Positions 32,224-43,068 of a stretch of DNA of 64,000 nt are shown piece after piece (the stretch's first letter is position 1; every line of letters starts with the position of its first letter). The notes beneath the pieces were generated by a model. That model was not told the DNA's origin. It saw only the letters and a list, made by a program, of their open reading frames with translations, and searched no databases. The position numbers and the translations under genes are program-made. Source of the DNA: Longimicrobiales bacterium (lineage in GTDB: Bacteria; Gemmatimonadota; Gemmatimonadetes; Longimicrobiales; Gaopeijiaceae). The DNA lies in the NCBI GenBank assembly GCA_965116905.1, contig OZ220732.1, positions 2,272,001 to 2,336,000 on the forward strand. Reading direction: 5' to 3'.

Positions 32224-33218
32224 CGGGCGGTACGCTGGTCGAGCACAATCTGAATGCGGAGGGCGCGGACCAGTTCATCCTCGCGGGAGTCGGCGACGCC
32301 AACTTCCGTGAGCTGGAGACGCTTTTCCACGTCCAGGTGGTGATGCGCGGCGATCATGTGAGAGTCACGGGGCCATTGGAATCGGTTGCCGACTCGGCGC
32401 GCGTGGTCGAGCACATGATCGAGCTCGCGCGGCTGGGGAAGTCCTTCCCGGCTTCGGACATCGCGCGCTTCGCCGCGAGCCTCGACGCGCGGGACGGGCC
32501 CGACATCCGCAGCGACGACGAGCGCCTCCGGATATCGGTGCCTGGATCGCGCCGTACGATCGTGCCGCGCTCGGAGGGCCAGCGCAGGTATCTGCAGGCC
32601 ATGGAGGACTCCGACATCGTCATCGGGATCGGTCCCGCGGGCACCGGCAAGACCTATCTCGCCGTCGCCCGGGCGGTCGCGGAGCTCTTCCGGAAGCGTG
32701 TGCGGCGCATCATTCTGGCCCGTCCCGCGGTGGAGGCCGGAGAGAACCTCGGCTTCCTTCCCGGCGACCTCCAGGAGAAGGTCGACCCCTACCTCCGCCC
32801 GCTGTACGACGCGCTCGAGGACATGATGCCGGCGGCCAGGGTCCGGCGCGGAATCGCCGAGCGCACGATCGAGATTGCCCCGCTCGCCTACATGCGCGGC
32901 AGAACCCTCTCCGACGCTTTTGTCATCCTCGACGAAGCCCAGAACGCCACAGCGGCGCAGATGAAGATGTTCCTCACGCGCATCGGCGTGAACTCGCGCG
33001 TGGTGATCACCGGCGACAAGACCCAGATCGACCTGCCCCGAGCCCAGGTCTCCGGTCTGATTCAGATAGAAGACATCCTCGGCGAAGTCGAAGGCATCGA
33101 GTTCGTGTACCTGGATGAGAGCGACGTCACTCGCCACCGCCTCGTGAAGCACATTGTACGTGCCTACGCGGCAGCGGACGGACGCCTTGCCGAGGAACGC
33201 GACCATGACCGCCGGTAA
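32220..33218 (+). CDS. phoH: PhoH-like ATPase
   Basis: GPAGTGKTYLA, RPAVEAGE, APLAYMRGRT, LDEAQN. Confidence 0.95.
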   Translation: MTGGTLVEHNLNAEGADQFILAGVGDANFRELETLFHVQVVMRGDHVRVTGPLESVADSARVVEHMIELARLGKSFPASDIARFAASLDARDGPDIRSDDERLRISVPGSRRTIVPRSEGQRRYLQAMEDSDIVIGIGPAGTGKTYLAVARAVAELFRKRVRRIILARPAVEAGENLGFLPGDLQEKVDPYLRPLYDALEDMMPAARVRRGIAERTIEIAPLAYMRGRTLSDAFVILDEAQNATAAQMKMFLTRIGVNSRVVITGDKTQIDLPRAQVSGLIQIEDILGEVEGIEFVYLDESDVTRHRLVKHIVRAYAAADGRLAEERDHDRR

Positions 33219-35385
33219 CGGGAAACGCCGGCTGCTCTCGGGCGTCCCGCAGCGCGGATGGCCGGATGCCGCGGTCCACCACGGGGTGCGCTGGCTGCTC
33301 CTGGTGTTGCTGGCGGGAGGGCTCGTGACTCTCTATCCGTCGGATCCGGGCGTCGGGATCGGCCGATACAGCGCGGGCACCGTCGCCGAGCGAGACATCA
33401 TCGCTCAGGTCGGCTTCCCGGTTCCGAAGGACTCCGCCGTGCTCAGAAGCGAAAGGGACGCGGCGGCGGCCTCGGTCATTCCGACGTTCACCTACCGCGC
33501 CGCCGCCACGGACTCGACGCTTGCCGGTCTGGCGGGCCTTTTTGCACGCGTGGATTCGGCTTCGCTGGTCGACGGCGTGGCGGGAATCGCCGGCATCCTG
33601 GCGACGTCCGGGATCGACGCGGACGCCGCGCAGGTGGAACTCCTCGCCGAACCGGAACGCCGGACCGGTTTGCACGAGCGGGCGGCGTCCGCGGTCCGTG
33701 CACTGACTCCCGACGGGCTGATGGCACCCGGCGCGGCCTCTCGAATCACCACCGATTCGGTCCGCGTGGTCCGGGGCGGCGGGAGCTCGGTGGTTGCGCG
33801 CAGCGCGGTGCTCTCGGGCCGCGAGTTCTACGACCGCGCGCTGGCCGGCATGGAATCCGGACCCGAGAGCGACCTCCTGCGCGTCGTGCTCGCCCGGTAC
33901 CTCACGCCCAGTCTGATTCCCGAGACGGTCAGGACCGAGAGAGAGCGGGCCTTCGCGCGCGACACGATCCCGATCATGTCGGGACGCGTGCTGGAGGGCG
34001 AGGCGATCGTGCGGGCGAACGATCAGGTCGGCGAGGAGCAGCTGCGCAAGATCGAGGCGTACCGCAACCAGTTGCGCTCCGAGGGGATCAGCGTGGACAG
34101 CTCGAACCTGGCGGGCAATCTCGGCGGGCTCCTGCTGAACACGCTTCTCCTGACCGTCCTGGGCGTGCTCGTCTTCTTCTTCCGGCCCGAGATCTATCAT
34201 TCATTCCGGTTCGTGCTGGCCATACTGAGCATCTTCGCCCTGTATTTCGTTGCCGGTTTCGTGATCACCGGGCTGGGTCTTCCCCCGGCCGCCCTGCCGA
34301 TCGTCTTTGTTGCGGTCTCGCTGTCGATCCTGTGGGACGGACGCCTGGCGCTGCTCGCGGTGTTCGTCGTTTGCGGGATCACGGCCGTGCAGGAGCCCTT
34401 CGGGGAAGTGCCGGTCCTGTTGACGCTTCTGGCCGGTGGCTCCGCGGCCGCGCTCTCGGTTCGCACATTCCGGCGACTGGCGCAGACCTGGGTGTTCATC
34501 GCGGTGACCGCGGGCGCCTACGCGCTTGTTTTCGCCGGACTCCAGATGCGCGGCCCGGATTTCGCGCTGGCGCCGTCGCTGCTGTGGGCACTCGTCAGCA
34601 CCGTGGCCGGCGTCATTCTGGCCATCGGCTTCATACCCGTCTACGAATGGGTCGCGGGCATCACCACCGACCAGACGCTGATCGGATGGGCGGACGCCAA
34701 TCGGCCACTCATGCGCCGAATGGCCGTCGAGGCCCCGGGCACGTTCGCGCATACGCTGCAGGCCGCAAGCCTGGCCGAGGCCGGCGCAGGGGCGATCGGC
34801 GCCAACACCCTGCTTTGCCGGGCCGGGGTCTACTACCACGACATCGGCAAGATGCGCCGCCCGGACTACTTCATCGAGAACCAGCACGGCGCCAACCCAC
34901 ACGAGGACCTCGATCCGCTCGAATCCGCCAGAATCATTCGCGACCACGTGGTGGAGGGAGTCAGGATGGCGCGCGCCGAGAAGGTGCCCGAGGTGCTGGT
35001 GGACTTCATCCGCGAACATCACGGCGACCAGACGATCGGCTTCTTCCTCCACACCGCGCGTCAGCTGGCCGAGCGCGAGGGGAGCGACCCGCCGGATCCT
35101 TCGGTCTTCCAGTATCCGGGTCCCCGGCCGCGGACCCGCGAAACCGGTATCGCCATGCTTGCCGATTCGACGGAATCCGCCGCGCGGGCCATGGACAGCC
35201 CGACCGAAGAGCGTCTGCGTGAGCTCATCGACAAGATCTTTGAGACCAAGGCCGCTACCGGCCAGTTGGACGACTGCCCCCTGACCTTCCGGGACCTGGC
35301 CCGGTTGAAGAAGCAGTTCGCCACGTACCTCAGCGGAAGCCATCACACCCGGATCCAGTACCCCCGTGCCGGGGATGAACGGTGA
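33205..35385 (+). CDS. 7TM-HD (HDIG) phosphohydrolase, PgpH-like
   Basis: Extracellular domain, TM bundle, APGTFAH, YYHDIGK, IREHHG, MLADS. Confidence 0.9.
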   Translation: MTAGNGKRRLLSGVPQRGWPDAAVHHGVRWLLLVLLAGGLVTLYPSDPGVGIGRYSAGTVAERDIIAQVGFPVPKDSAVLRSERDAAAASVIPTFTYRAAATDSTLAGLAGLFARVDSASLVDGVAGIAGILATSGIDADAAQVELLAEPERRTGLHERAASAVRALTPDGLMAPGAASRITTDSVRVVRGGGSSVVARSAVLSGREFYDRALAGMESGPESDLLRVVLARYLTPSLIPETVRTERERAFARDTIPIMSGRVLEGEAIVRANDQVGEEQLRKIEAYRNQLRSEGISVDSSNLAGNLGGLLLNTLLLTVLGVLVFFFRPEIYHSFRFVLAILSIFALYFVAGFVITGLGLPPAALPIVFVAVSLSILWDGRLALLAVFVVCGITAVQEPFGEVPVLLTLLAGGSAAALSVRTFRRLAQTWVFIAVTAGAYALVFAGLQMRGPDFALAPSLLWALVSTVAGVILAIGFIPVYEWVAGITTDQTLIGWADANRPLMRRMAVEAPGTFAHTLQAASLAEAGAGAIGANTLLCRAGVYYHDIGKMRRPDYFIENQHGANPHEDLDPLESARIIRDHVVEGVRMARAEKVPEVLVDFIREHHGDQTIGFFLHTARQLAEREGSDPPDPSVFQYPGPRPRTRETGIAMLADSTESAARAMDSPTEERLRELIDKIFETKAATGQLDDCPLTFRDLARLKKQFATYLSGSHHTRIQYPRAGDER

Positions 35386-35813
35386 TCACGATCCACGTCA
35401 ACGCGCCGGAAAGGGTCGGCGTTCCGCGTGACCTGATCCGCCGGGCGTTGCGCGAGACGCTCCGGCGTGGCGGACATGAGCGTGCCGAGCTCTCGGTGAC
35501 ATTCGTCGGAGATACGGAGATCACGCGGCTCCACGAACGGTATCTGGGCCGCGCCCGCGTGACGGATGTGCTCTCGTTCGCGCTCCACGAAGGGGGCGAA
35601 GATCCGCTGGGCGACGTGTACGTCGGTTACGAGCAGGCGCGCCGCCAGGCGGCGGATACGGGCGTCGACCCGGAGGAGGAACTCGTCCGGCTGGCGGTAC
35701 ACGGGGCGCTGCACGTGCTCGGGTACGATCATCCCGAGGGTCCCGAGCGGACCGGCAGCGAGATGTTCCGGGTCCAGGAGGAAGTCGTGCGCGGACTGGG
35801 GGCGACGGCGTGA
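35382..35813 (+). CDS. ybeY: rRNA maturation endoribonuclease YbeY
   Basis: TDVLSF, HGALHVLGYDH. Confidence 0.95.
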   Translation: MITIHVNAPERVGVPRDLIRRALRETLRRGGHERAELSVTFVGDTEITRLHERYLGRARVTDVLSFALHEGGEDPLGDVYVGYEQARRQAADTGVDPEEELVRLAVHGALHVLGYDHPEGPERTGSEMFRVQEEVVRGLGATA

Positions 35814-37180
35814 GCACGGATACCCCTCCCGTCGTGGCGAGCCAGGCCACCCTGAGCGAGCTGATCGAGCTGGCCGAAACGGGCGACTTCTCCAGGGTGC
35901 CCGATCTGCTCGAAGGGATGCACCCCTCCGATATCGCCGATCTCGTCGCCTCGGTCGCCGTGGAGGAATACAGGATCGAAATACTGGAGGCCCTCCCCAC
36001 CGAGGTGGCTTCCGAGACCCTCGCCGAGATGGAGGAGGACGAGGATCGCGCGGAGCTCCTGACCGGGCTGGACGAGCGGAGGGGCGCCGAGCTGCTGCAG
36101 GGGTTGGCGGACGACGATGCGGCCGACCTCCTCGGCGAACTCGAGCCGGGCGACCGCGATCGGATGCTGGCCGCCCTGCCCACGGAGGAAGCCGGCGAGA
36201 TCCGCGAACTGCTTCGCTACGGCGAAGAGACGGCGGGCGGCCTGATGACGACCTCGCTCGTTTCGGTGTCGACCGGCGCAACCGCCGGCGAGGCGATCTC
36301 CGAGATACGGAAGCAGGGCCGCGAGGTGGAGGACTTCTACACGGTCTTCGTGGTCGATGAGCGGAACCGGTTGCGCGGCACGGTACCGCTGGACGACCTG
36401 ATTCTTGCCGAGCCGTCCGACACCGTCGCGTCCCTGGTGGAGCCGCCGGTGGCCACGGTGCTGCCGGACATCGACCAGGAGGAAGTGGGACAGCTGATCG
36501 GCCGCTACAACCTGGTCAGCGTCCCCGTGGTCAACCACGACGGTTCCCTGCTCGGGCGCATCACCTTCGACGACGTGATCGACGTCATCGAGGCGGAGAC
36601 CACCGAGGACATCCTCAGGCTGGCCGGTGTCTCGGACGAGGAGGAACTGAAGGGCGGCTGGTTCGAGTCGGTCCGGGCTCGACTGCCGTGGCTGGTTCTC
36701 AACCTGGCGACCGCGGCGCTGGCCGCATCGGTCATCCTGGCCTTTGAGAGCACGATCGAGGAAGTTGCCTTCCTGGCCTTCCTGATGCCGGTCATCGCGG
36801 CTCTGGGGGGGAACACGGGCACCCAGGCGCTGGCGGTTACCATTCGGCGTATTGCCGTCGGTGGAGGAATCCACGCCGGCCAGTTCCGGGTCGTGGGGAA
36901 GGAGGTGCTGGTGGGGCTGCTGAACGGCTTCGTTCTCGGCGCGCTTTTCGCCGTGTTCGCGTATGTGTGGATGGACGGCGACCCGCGGCTGGGACTCGTG
37001 GTGCTCCTGGCCATGTGGGCGAACATCATCGTCGCCGGATTCGCGGGCGCGATGATCCCCACGGTATTGCACCGGCTGGGCGTCGACCCGGCGGTGGCTT
37101 CGTCGGTGTTCGTTCACACACTCACGGATCTGGTCGGATTCGTCATGGTGCTCAACCTTGCCGCGGCCCTCCTCTTCTAG
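35810..37180 (+). CDS. mgtE: Magnesium transporter MgtE
   Basis: Acidic N domain, CBS pair, RLPWL, GGNTGTQ, DPAVASSVFV..TD. Confidence 0.95.
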   Translation: MSTDTPPVVASQATLSELIELAETGDFSRVPDLLEGMHPSDIADLVASVAVEEYRIEILEALPTEVASETLAEMEEDEDRAELLTGLDERRGAELLQGLADDDAADLLGELEPGDRDRMLAALPTEEAGEIRELLRYGEETAGGLMTTSLVSVSTGATAGEAISEIRKQGREVEDFYTVFVVDERNRLRGTVPLDDLILAEPSDTVASLVEPPVATVLPDIDQEEVGQLIGRYNLVSVPVVNHDGSLLGRITFDDVIDVIEAETTEDILRLAGVSDEEELKGGWFESVRARLPWLVLNLATAALAASVILAFESTIEEVAFLAFLMPVIAALGGNTGTQALAVTIRRIAVGGGIHAGQFRVVGKEVLVGLLNGFVLGALFAVFAYVWMDGDPRLGLVVLLAMWANIIVAGFAGAMIPTVLHRLGVDPAVASSVFVHTLTDLVGFVMVLNLAAALLF

Positions 37181-37187
37181 GGCGAGA

Positions 37188-38264
37188 ATGACAGCCCCTG
37201 CTCGAGCCGAGAAGAACCGGCGTCTCGCCGCCGATTTCCGGAGCGGCAAGCGCCCCGCGCTGGCGCGTGCCATCTCGATGGTGGAAGGGCGGCGCCCCGG
37301 CGTGGCGGACCTGCTCCAGGAACTGCTCCTGGCACGGCCTCAGGCTCGGCGGTTCGGCATCACCGGCCCCCCCGGCGCGGGCAAATCCAGCTTGGTGGCC
37401 GGCCTGGCGACCCTGCTTCGCGCACGTGGCGAGAAGGTCGCCATCGTCGCGGTCGACCCGACGTCGCCCTACTCGGGTGGTGCGCTCCTGGGTGACCGCA
37501 TCCGGATGAACGACCTGGCCACCGACCCCGGGATCTTCATCCGCTCGATGGCCACGCGCGGGTCGCTGGGAGGCTTGGCCGCGACGACGCGCGAGGTGGT
37601 CGACCTGCTCGACGCGTTCGGCTTTCCGAACGTGCTCGTGGAGACCGTGGGCGTGGGGCAGACCGAGTTGGAGATTGCCTCGGCGGCCGACTCGGTCGCG
37701 GTCGTGCTGGTGCCCGAGTCCGGCGACGGGATCCAGGCCATGAAAGCGGGACTCATGGAGATCGCGGACCTGTTCGTGGTCAACAAGGCGGACAGGATCG
37801 GCGCGGACCGCATGGTGCGGGAGATCCGGCAGGCGCTGGCGCTCCGGGCCGGGCACGGGATGTACGGAGTGACGGCGCACCACGGGGTGGATCTGTCCCG
37901 CCTGGATCAAACGGACGAGGATCCCGACACGGCCCATGCCGCGGCCTGGGAGATCCCGGTCCTCAAGACTTCGGCGGGCCGGGGCGAGGGCATCGAGGAG
38001 TTCCTGGACGGGCTCCTGGCACACAACCGCCACCTCACCGAGTCGGGAGCACTGGAAGCCCGCCGCGAACGCCGGGCGGGGAGCCGTCTGCGCGACGTGA
38101 TCGTGGGTCGTTTGAGGGGCCGGGCCGAGGCGTTTCTGGCGTCTCATCCAAATCTGCCGGCGCGGATTGCGGACATCGCCGGAGGACGCGCCACGGCCTA
38201 CGGTGTGGCAGACGAGCTGATTCCCGCCATATTGAAGAAGGAGCCGAGGTCGGATCAGGGTTAG
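37188..38264 (+). CDS. meaB: MeaB/ArgK G-protein chaperone of acyl-CoA mutases
   Basis: GITGPPGAGKS, AVDPTSP, GDRIRM, ETVGVGQ, VNKAD. Confidence 0.95.
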   Translation: MTAPARAEKNRRLAADFRSGKRPALARAISMVEGRRPGVADLLQELLLARPQARRFGITGPPGAGKSSLVAGLATLLRARGEKVAIVAVDPTSPYSGGALLGDRIRMNDLATDPGIFIRSMATRGSLGGLAATTREVVDLLDAFGFPNVLVETVGVGQTELEIASAADSVAVVLVPESGDGIQAMKAGLMEIADLFVVNKADRIGADRMVREIRQALALRAGHGMYGVTAHHGVDLSRLDQTDEDPDTAHAAAWEIPVLKTSAGRGEGIEEFLDGLLAHNRHLTESGALEARRERRAGSRLRDVIVGRLRGRAEAFLASHPNLPARIADIAGGRATAYGVADELIPAILKKEPRSDQG

Positions 38265-38274
38265 GAGGGATCAC

Positions 38275-39992
<1,718 letters not shown>

Positions 39993-39993
<1 letters not shown>

Positions 39994-40239
39994 AAGGCCG
40001 TGGACAGAATCCCCCCGGCATTCGAGCGGCGATGCATCCGGGCCGGACGCCCGGCCACACCGTCTCATGATGTAAGGCAAAGTTTCCATAATGTCATGTT
40101 TACTATACATGTTTGTTTGTCGGGGCCGCGCTCTGCGTTACTCCTCGGGCCCGTAGCGCCGCTACTGGCCCTTCGTCGCGCCTTGCCGGCCCGGCGCCTC
40201 GCCGCTCTCGGTGCTCGGGCGGCTCTATCCACGGCCTTC
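39993..40239 (-). mobile_element. 247-bp MITE-like fold-back element, copy B
   Basis: Terminal inverted repeats GAAGGCCGTGGA(C/T)AGA flanked by TA on both sides; reverse-complement homolog of copy A. Confidence 0.8.
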
Positions 40240-40249
40240 TAGCAAGGCC

Positions 40250-41632
40250 GTGGACGGAATCCCCCCGGCATCGCGCATCCTGATTGCCGACGATCAGCCC
40301 GACGTTGTCGAGGCGTTGCGTCTTCTTCTGGTGTCGGCGGGCTATGAGTCGGAGGCCGCGGGTGGCCCCGAGGAGGCGTTGGCCAGGCTGGAGGATGGCG
40401 TCTTCGACGCCGCGCTCATCGACCTCAACTACACCCGCGACACCACCTCCGGGCGCGAGGGCCTGGACCTCCTGAGAAGGCTCCATGAGATCGACAGCAC
40501 CCTGCCCGTCGTCGTCATGACCGCGTGGGGGAGCGTCGAGAGCGCGGTCGAGGCGATGCGTTGCGGAGCCCGGGACTACATCGAGAAGCCCTGGGACAAC
40601 GATCGCCTCCTTGCCACCCTGAAGACCCAGATCCAGCTCGGCCGCGCGCTCCGCCGTTCGCAGAAGCCGAGGAACGGGGATGCGCACACCACGCGCCCGC
40701 CCGCCCATCCACGCCTGATCGCCTCGTCGAAGGCGATGAAGCCCGTTCTGAAGGTCATGCGCCGTGTCGCTCCCTCCGACGCCAACATCCTCATTACGGG
40801 GGAGCACGGGACCGGGAAGGAGGTCGTGGCGGGATGGCTGCACGCCTCGTCCGCGCGTCGGCACGCCCCGCTCGTGACCGTGAACATGGGCGGAATCTCC
40901 GAGGGTCTGTTCGAGAGCGAGCTTTTCGGGCACGTGAAGGGGGCGTTCACCGACGCCAAATCCGACCGCGCGGGGTTTTTCGAACTCGCCCACGGCGGGA
41001 CCCTGTTCCTCGATGAAATCGCCAACACCTCCCTGCCGGCGCAGGCCAGGCTCCTTCGCGTTCTCGAAACCGGCGAGCTGCAGCGCGTCGGGTCTTCCGA
41101 TGTCGTGAGGATGGATATCCGCCTTCTGTCGGCGACGAACGCCTCTCTCGACGAGGCGGTCGCCGAGGGACGGTTTCGAGAAGACCTGCTCTACCGCATC
41201 AACACCGTCGAGATCGCGATTCCGCCACTCAGGGACCGCCCCGAGGACCTCCTGCTTCTCGCCGCCCACTTCCTCGAGCGCGAGTCGGCACGCTACGGCC
41301 GGCCCGGCCTCGGCTTCACGGCCGGTGCTTCCCGTGCGATGCTGGATCATCCCTGGCCGGGCAACGTGCGGGAGCTCAAGCATGCCGTCGAGCGGGCGGT
41401 GCTCATGTGCGACGATCTGGAAGTCGGGGTGGAGGACCTCGCGCTGCGTACGCTGCCGGGTGGTGCGCTCCCGCTGGAGGAACTCAAGCTCGGGGAGGTG
41501 GAGCGCGTCCTCATCGAAAGGGCCATGGACCGGCACGACGGCAACGTCAGCCAGGCCGCCGAAAGGCTCGGCCTCAGCCGGAGCGCGCTGTACCGACGCC
41601 TGGCCCGCTACGGCATCGGCGACGTCGGGTGA
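40250..41632 (+). CDS. Sigma54-dependent response regulator (NtrC family)
   Basis: Receiver ILIADD, GEHGTGKE, ELFGHVKGAFTDA, WPGNVREL, Fis HTH. Confidence 0.95.
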   Translation: MDGIPPASRILIADDQPDVVEALRLLLVSAGYESEAAGGPEEALARLEDGVFDAALIDLNYTRDTTSGREGLDLLRRLHEIDSTLPVVVMTAWGSVESAVEAMRCGARDYIEKPWDNDRLLATLKTQIQLGRALRRSQKPRNGDAHTTRPPAHPRLIASSKAMKPVLKVMRRVAPSDANILITGEHGTGKEVVAGWLHASSARRHAPLVTVNMGGISEGLFESELFGHVKGAFTDAKSDRAGFFELAHGGTLFLDEIANTSLPAQARLLRVLETGELQRVGSSDVVRMDIRLLSATNASLDEAVAEGRFREDLLYRINTVEIAIPPLRDRPEDLLLLAAHFLERESARYGRPGLGFTAGASRAMLDHPWPGNVRELKHAVERAVLMCDDLEVGVEDLALRTLPGGALPLEELKLGEVERVLIERAMDRHDGNVSQAAERLGLSRSALYRRLARYGIGDVG

Positions 41633-43068
41633 CCCCGGACGACACGTCGGCAAAGCCGGGATCCGAATCCGCCGGACCGGTCTGCCGAGCGCCTTTTGTG
41701 GGCCGGTGGGCCCGCCTCGAATTCGACCTTCAGATCATTCTCCTGTCCAACCTGGCCGGACTGCCGGCGTTCGCGCTCGCCATGTACCTCCTCTGGACCG
41801 GAGATGTGGCGACATCGACCCGCTGGCTCGCGACCGCGGGGATTCTGCTTCTGTGGGGAGGGTTGACCGCGGTTCTGCGCGCGAGGCTTGTGCGCCCGAT
41901 CCGGACCCTGTCCAGCGTGCTGCTGGCCTTGAGGGAAGGAGACTTCTCGATCCGGACACGCGTGCCGAAGACGCTCAAGGGGCCCCTCGCGCTGGCCTTT
42001 CAGGAGACCAACAGGCTGGAAGCCATCCTGAGGGAACAGCGGCTGGGGGCCGTCGAGGCCACGGTGCTCCTGCGGAGGATCCTGGAGGAGATCGACGTGG
42101 CCGTGTTCGCCTTCGACGAGGACGAGAGGCTGCGCCTGCTCAACCGGGCCGGCGAGCGGCTGCTCGACCAGCCCTCGAAGGCCGTGCTGGGGAGTTCCGC
42201 CGCCGACCTGCGGCTGCAGGAGGGACTTGTCGGCCACGCGCCGCGAACGATGGAGGTGAATCTGCCGGGAGGACAGGGAAGGTGGGAGCTGAAGCGCACC
42301 GTCATCCGTCAGGAGGGGGCGCCCATGAAGCTCCTGGTGCTTTCGGATCTCTCCCGCGCGCTTCGCGAGGAGGAGCGTTTGGCGTGGAAGCGCATCATCC
42401 GGGTGCTCAGCCACGAGATCAACAACAGCCTTGCGCCGATCAAGTCGATCGCGAGCAGTCTGCGCAAGCTCGTGAGCGGCGATTCATCCCAGGGAAGGCT
42501 CGGGCATGATCTGTCCCGGGGGCTCCGGGTGATCGTGGGCCGAGCGGAGTCACTTGGCCGCTTCATGGCCGCGTATGCCCGCCTCGCCCGCCTGCCCGCG
42601 CCGACCCCGGTGTCGACGCCGGTCGGGCCGCTGATCCGGCGAAGCGCCGATCTGGAGACCCGGCTGAAGGTGGAGGTGACCGGCGGACCCGAACTGAGCA
42701 TCATGGCGGATCCGGATCAGCTGGATCAGCTGCTTATCAACCTCGTGCGCAACGCGGCCGATTCGGCGCTCGAGCGCGGTGGCGCGGTCAGGGTGGGATG
42801 GCGGGTGCGCGACGGAAGGTCCCTCGAAGTCGTGGTGGAGGACGAGGGGCAGGGTGTGCAGGACACCGCCAACCTCTTCGTGCCCTTCTATTCCACGAAA
42901 CCCGGTGGTTCCGGCATCGGGCTCGCGCTCTGCCAGCAGATCGCCGAGGGGCACGGGGGCCACCTGGCGCTGCGAAATCGCGAGCCTCGGGGCGCGGTGG
43001 CGATCCTGTCCCTGCCGCTGGAGACGCGGCTCCGGGAGGCGCGGTCCCGGAGCCGCGTCAGCGGCTAG
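41629..43068 (+). CDS. Sensor histidine kinase (NtrY-like, 2 TM, PAS-like)
   Basis: LSHEINNSLAPI H-box, NLVRNA, DEGQG, PFYSTKPGGSGIGL. Confidence 0.93.
   Translation: MTPDDTSAKPGSESAGPVCRAPFVGRWARLEFDLQIILLSNLAGLPAFALAMYLLWTGDVATSTRWLATAGILLLWGGLTAVLRARLVRPIRTLSSVLLALREGDFSIRTRVPKTLKGPLALAFQETNRLEAILREQRLGAVEATVLLRRILEEIDVAVFAFDEDERLRLLNRAGERLLDQPSKAVLGSSAADLRLQEGLVGHAPRTMEVNLPGGQGRWELKRTVIRQEGAPMKLLVLSDLSRALREEERLAWKRIIRVLSHEINNSLAPIKSIASSLRKLVSGDSSQGRLGHDLSRGLRVIVGRAESLGRFMAAYARLARLPAPTPVSTPVGPLIRRSADLETRLKVEVTGGPELSIMADPDQLDQLLINLVRNAADSALERGGAVRVGWRVRDGRSLEVVVEDEGQGVQDTANLFVPFYSTKPGGSGIGLALCQQIAEGHGGHLALRNREPRGAVAILSLPLETRLREARSRSRVSG

Noticed and set aside
40000..40242. 80-aa ORF within element copy B, with a similar reading in copy A
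   Set aside because: Similarity follows from the DNA repeat; no protein motif, and in copy A the frame runs on antisense to trpB
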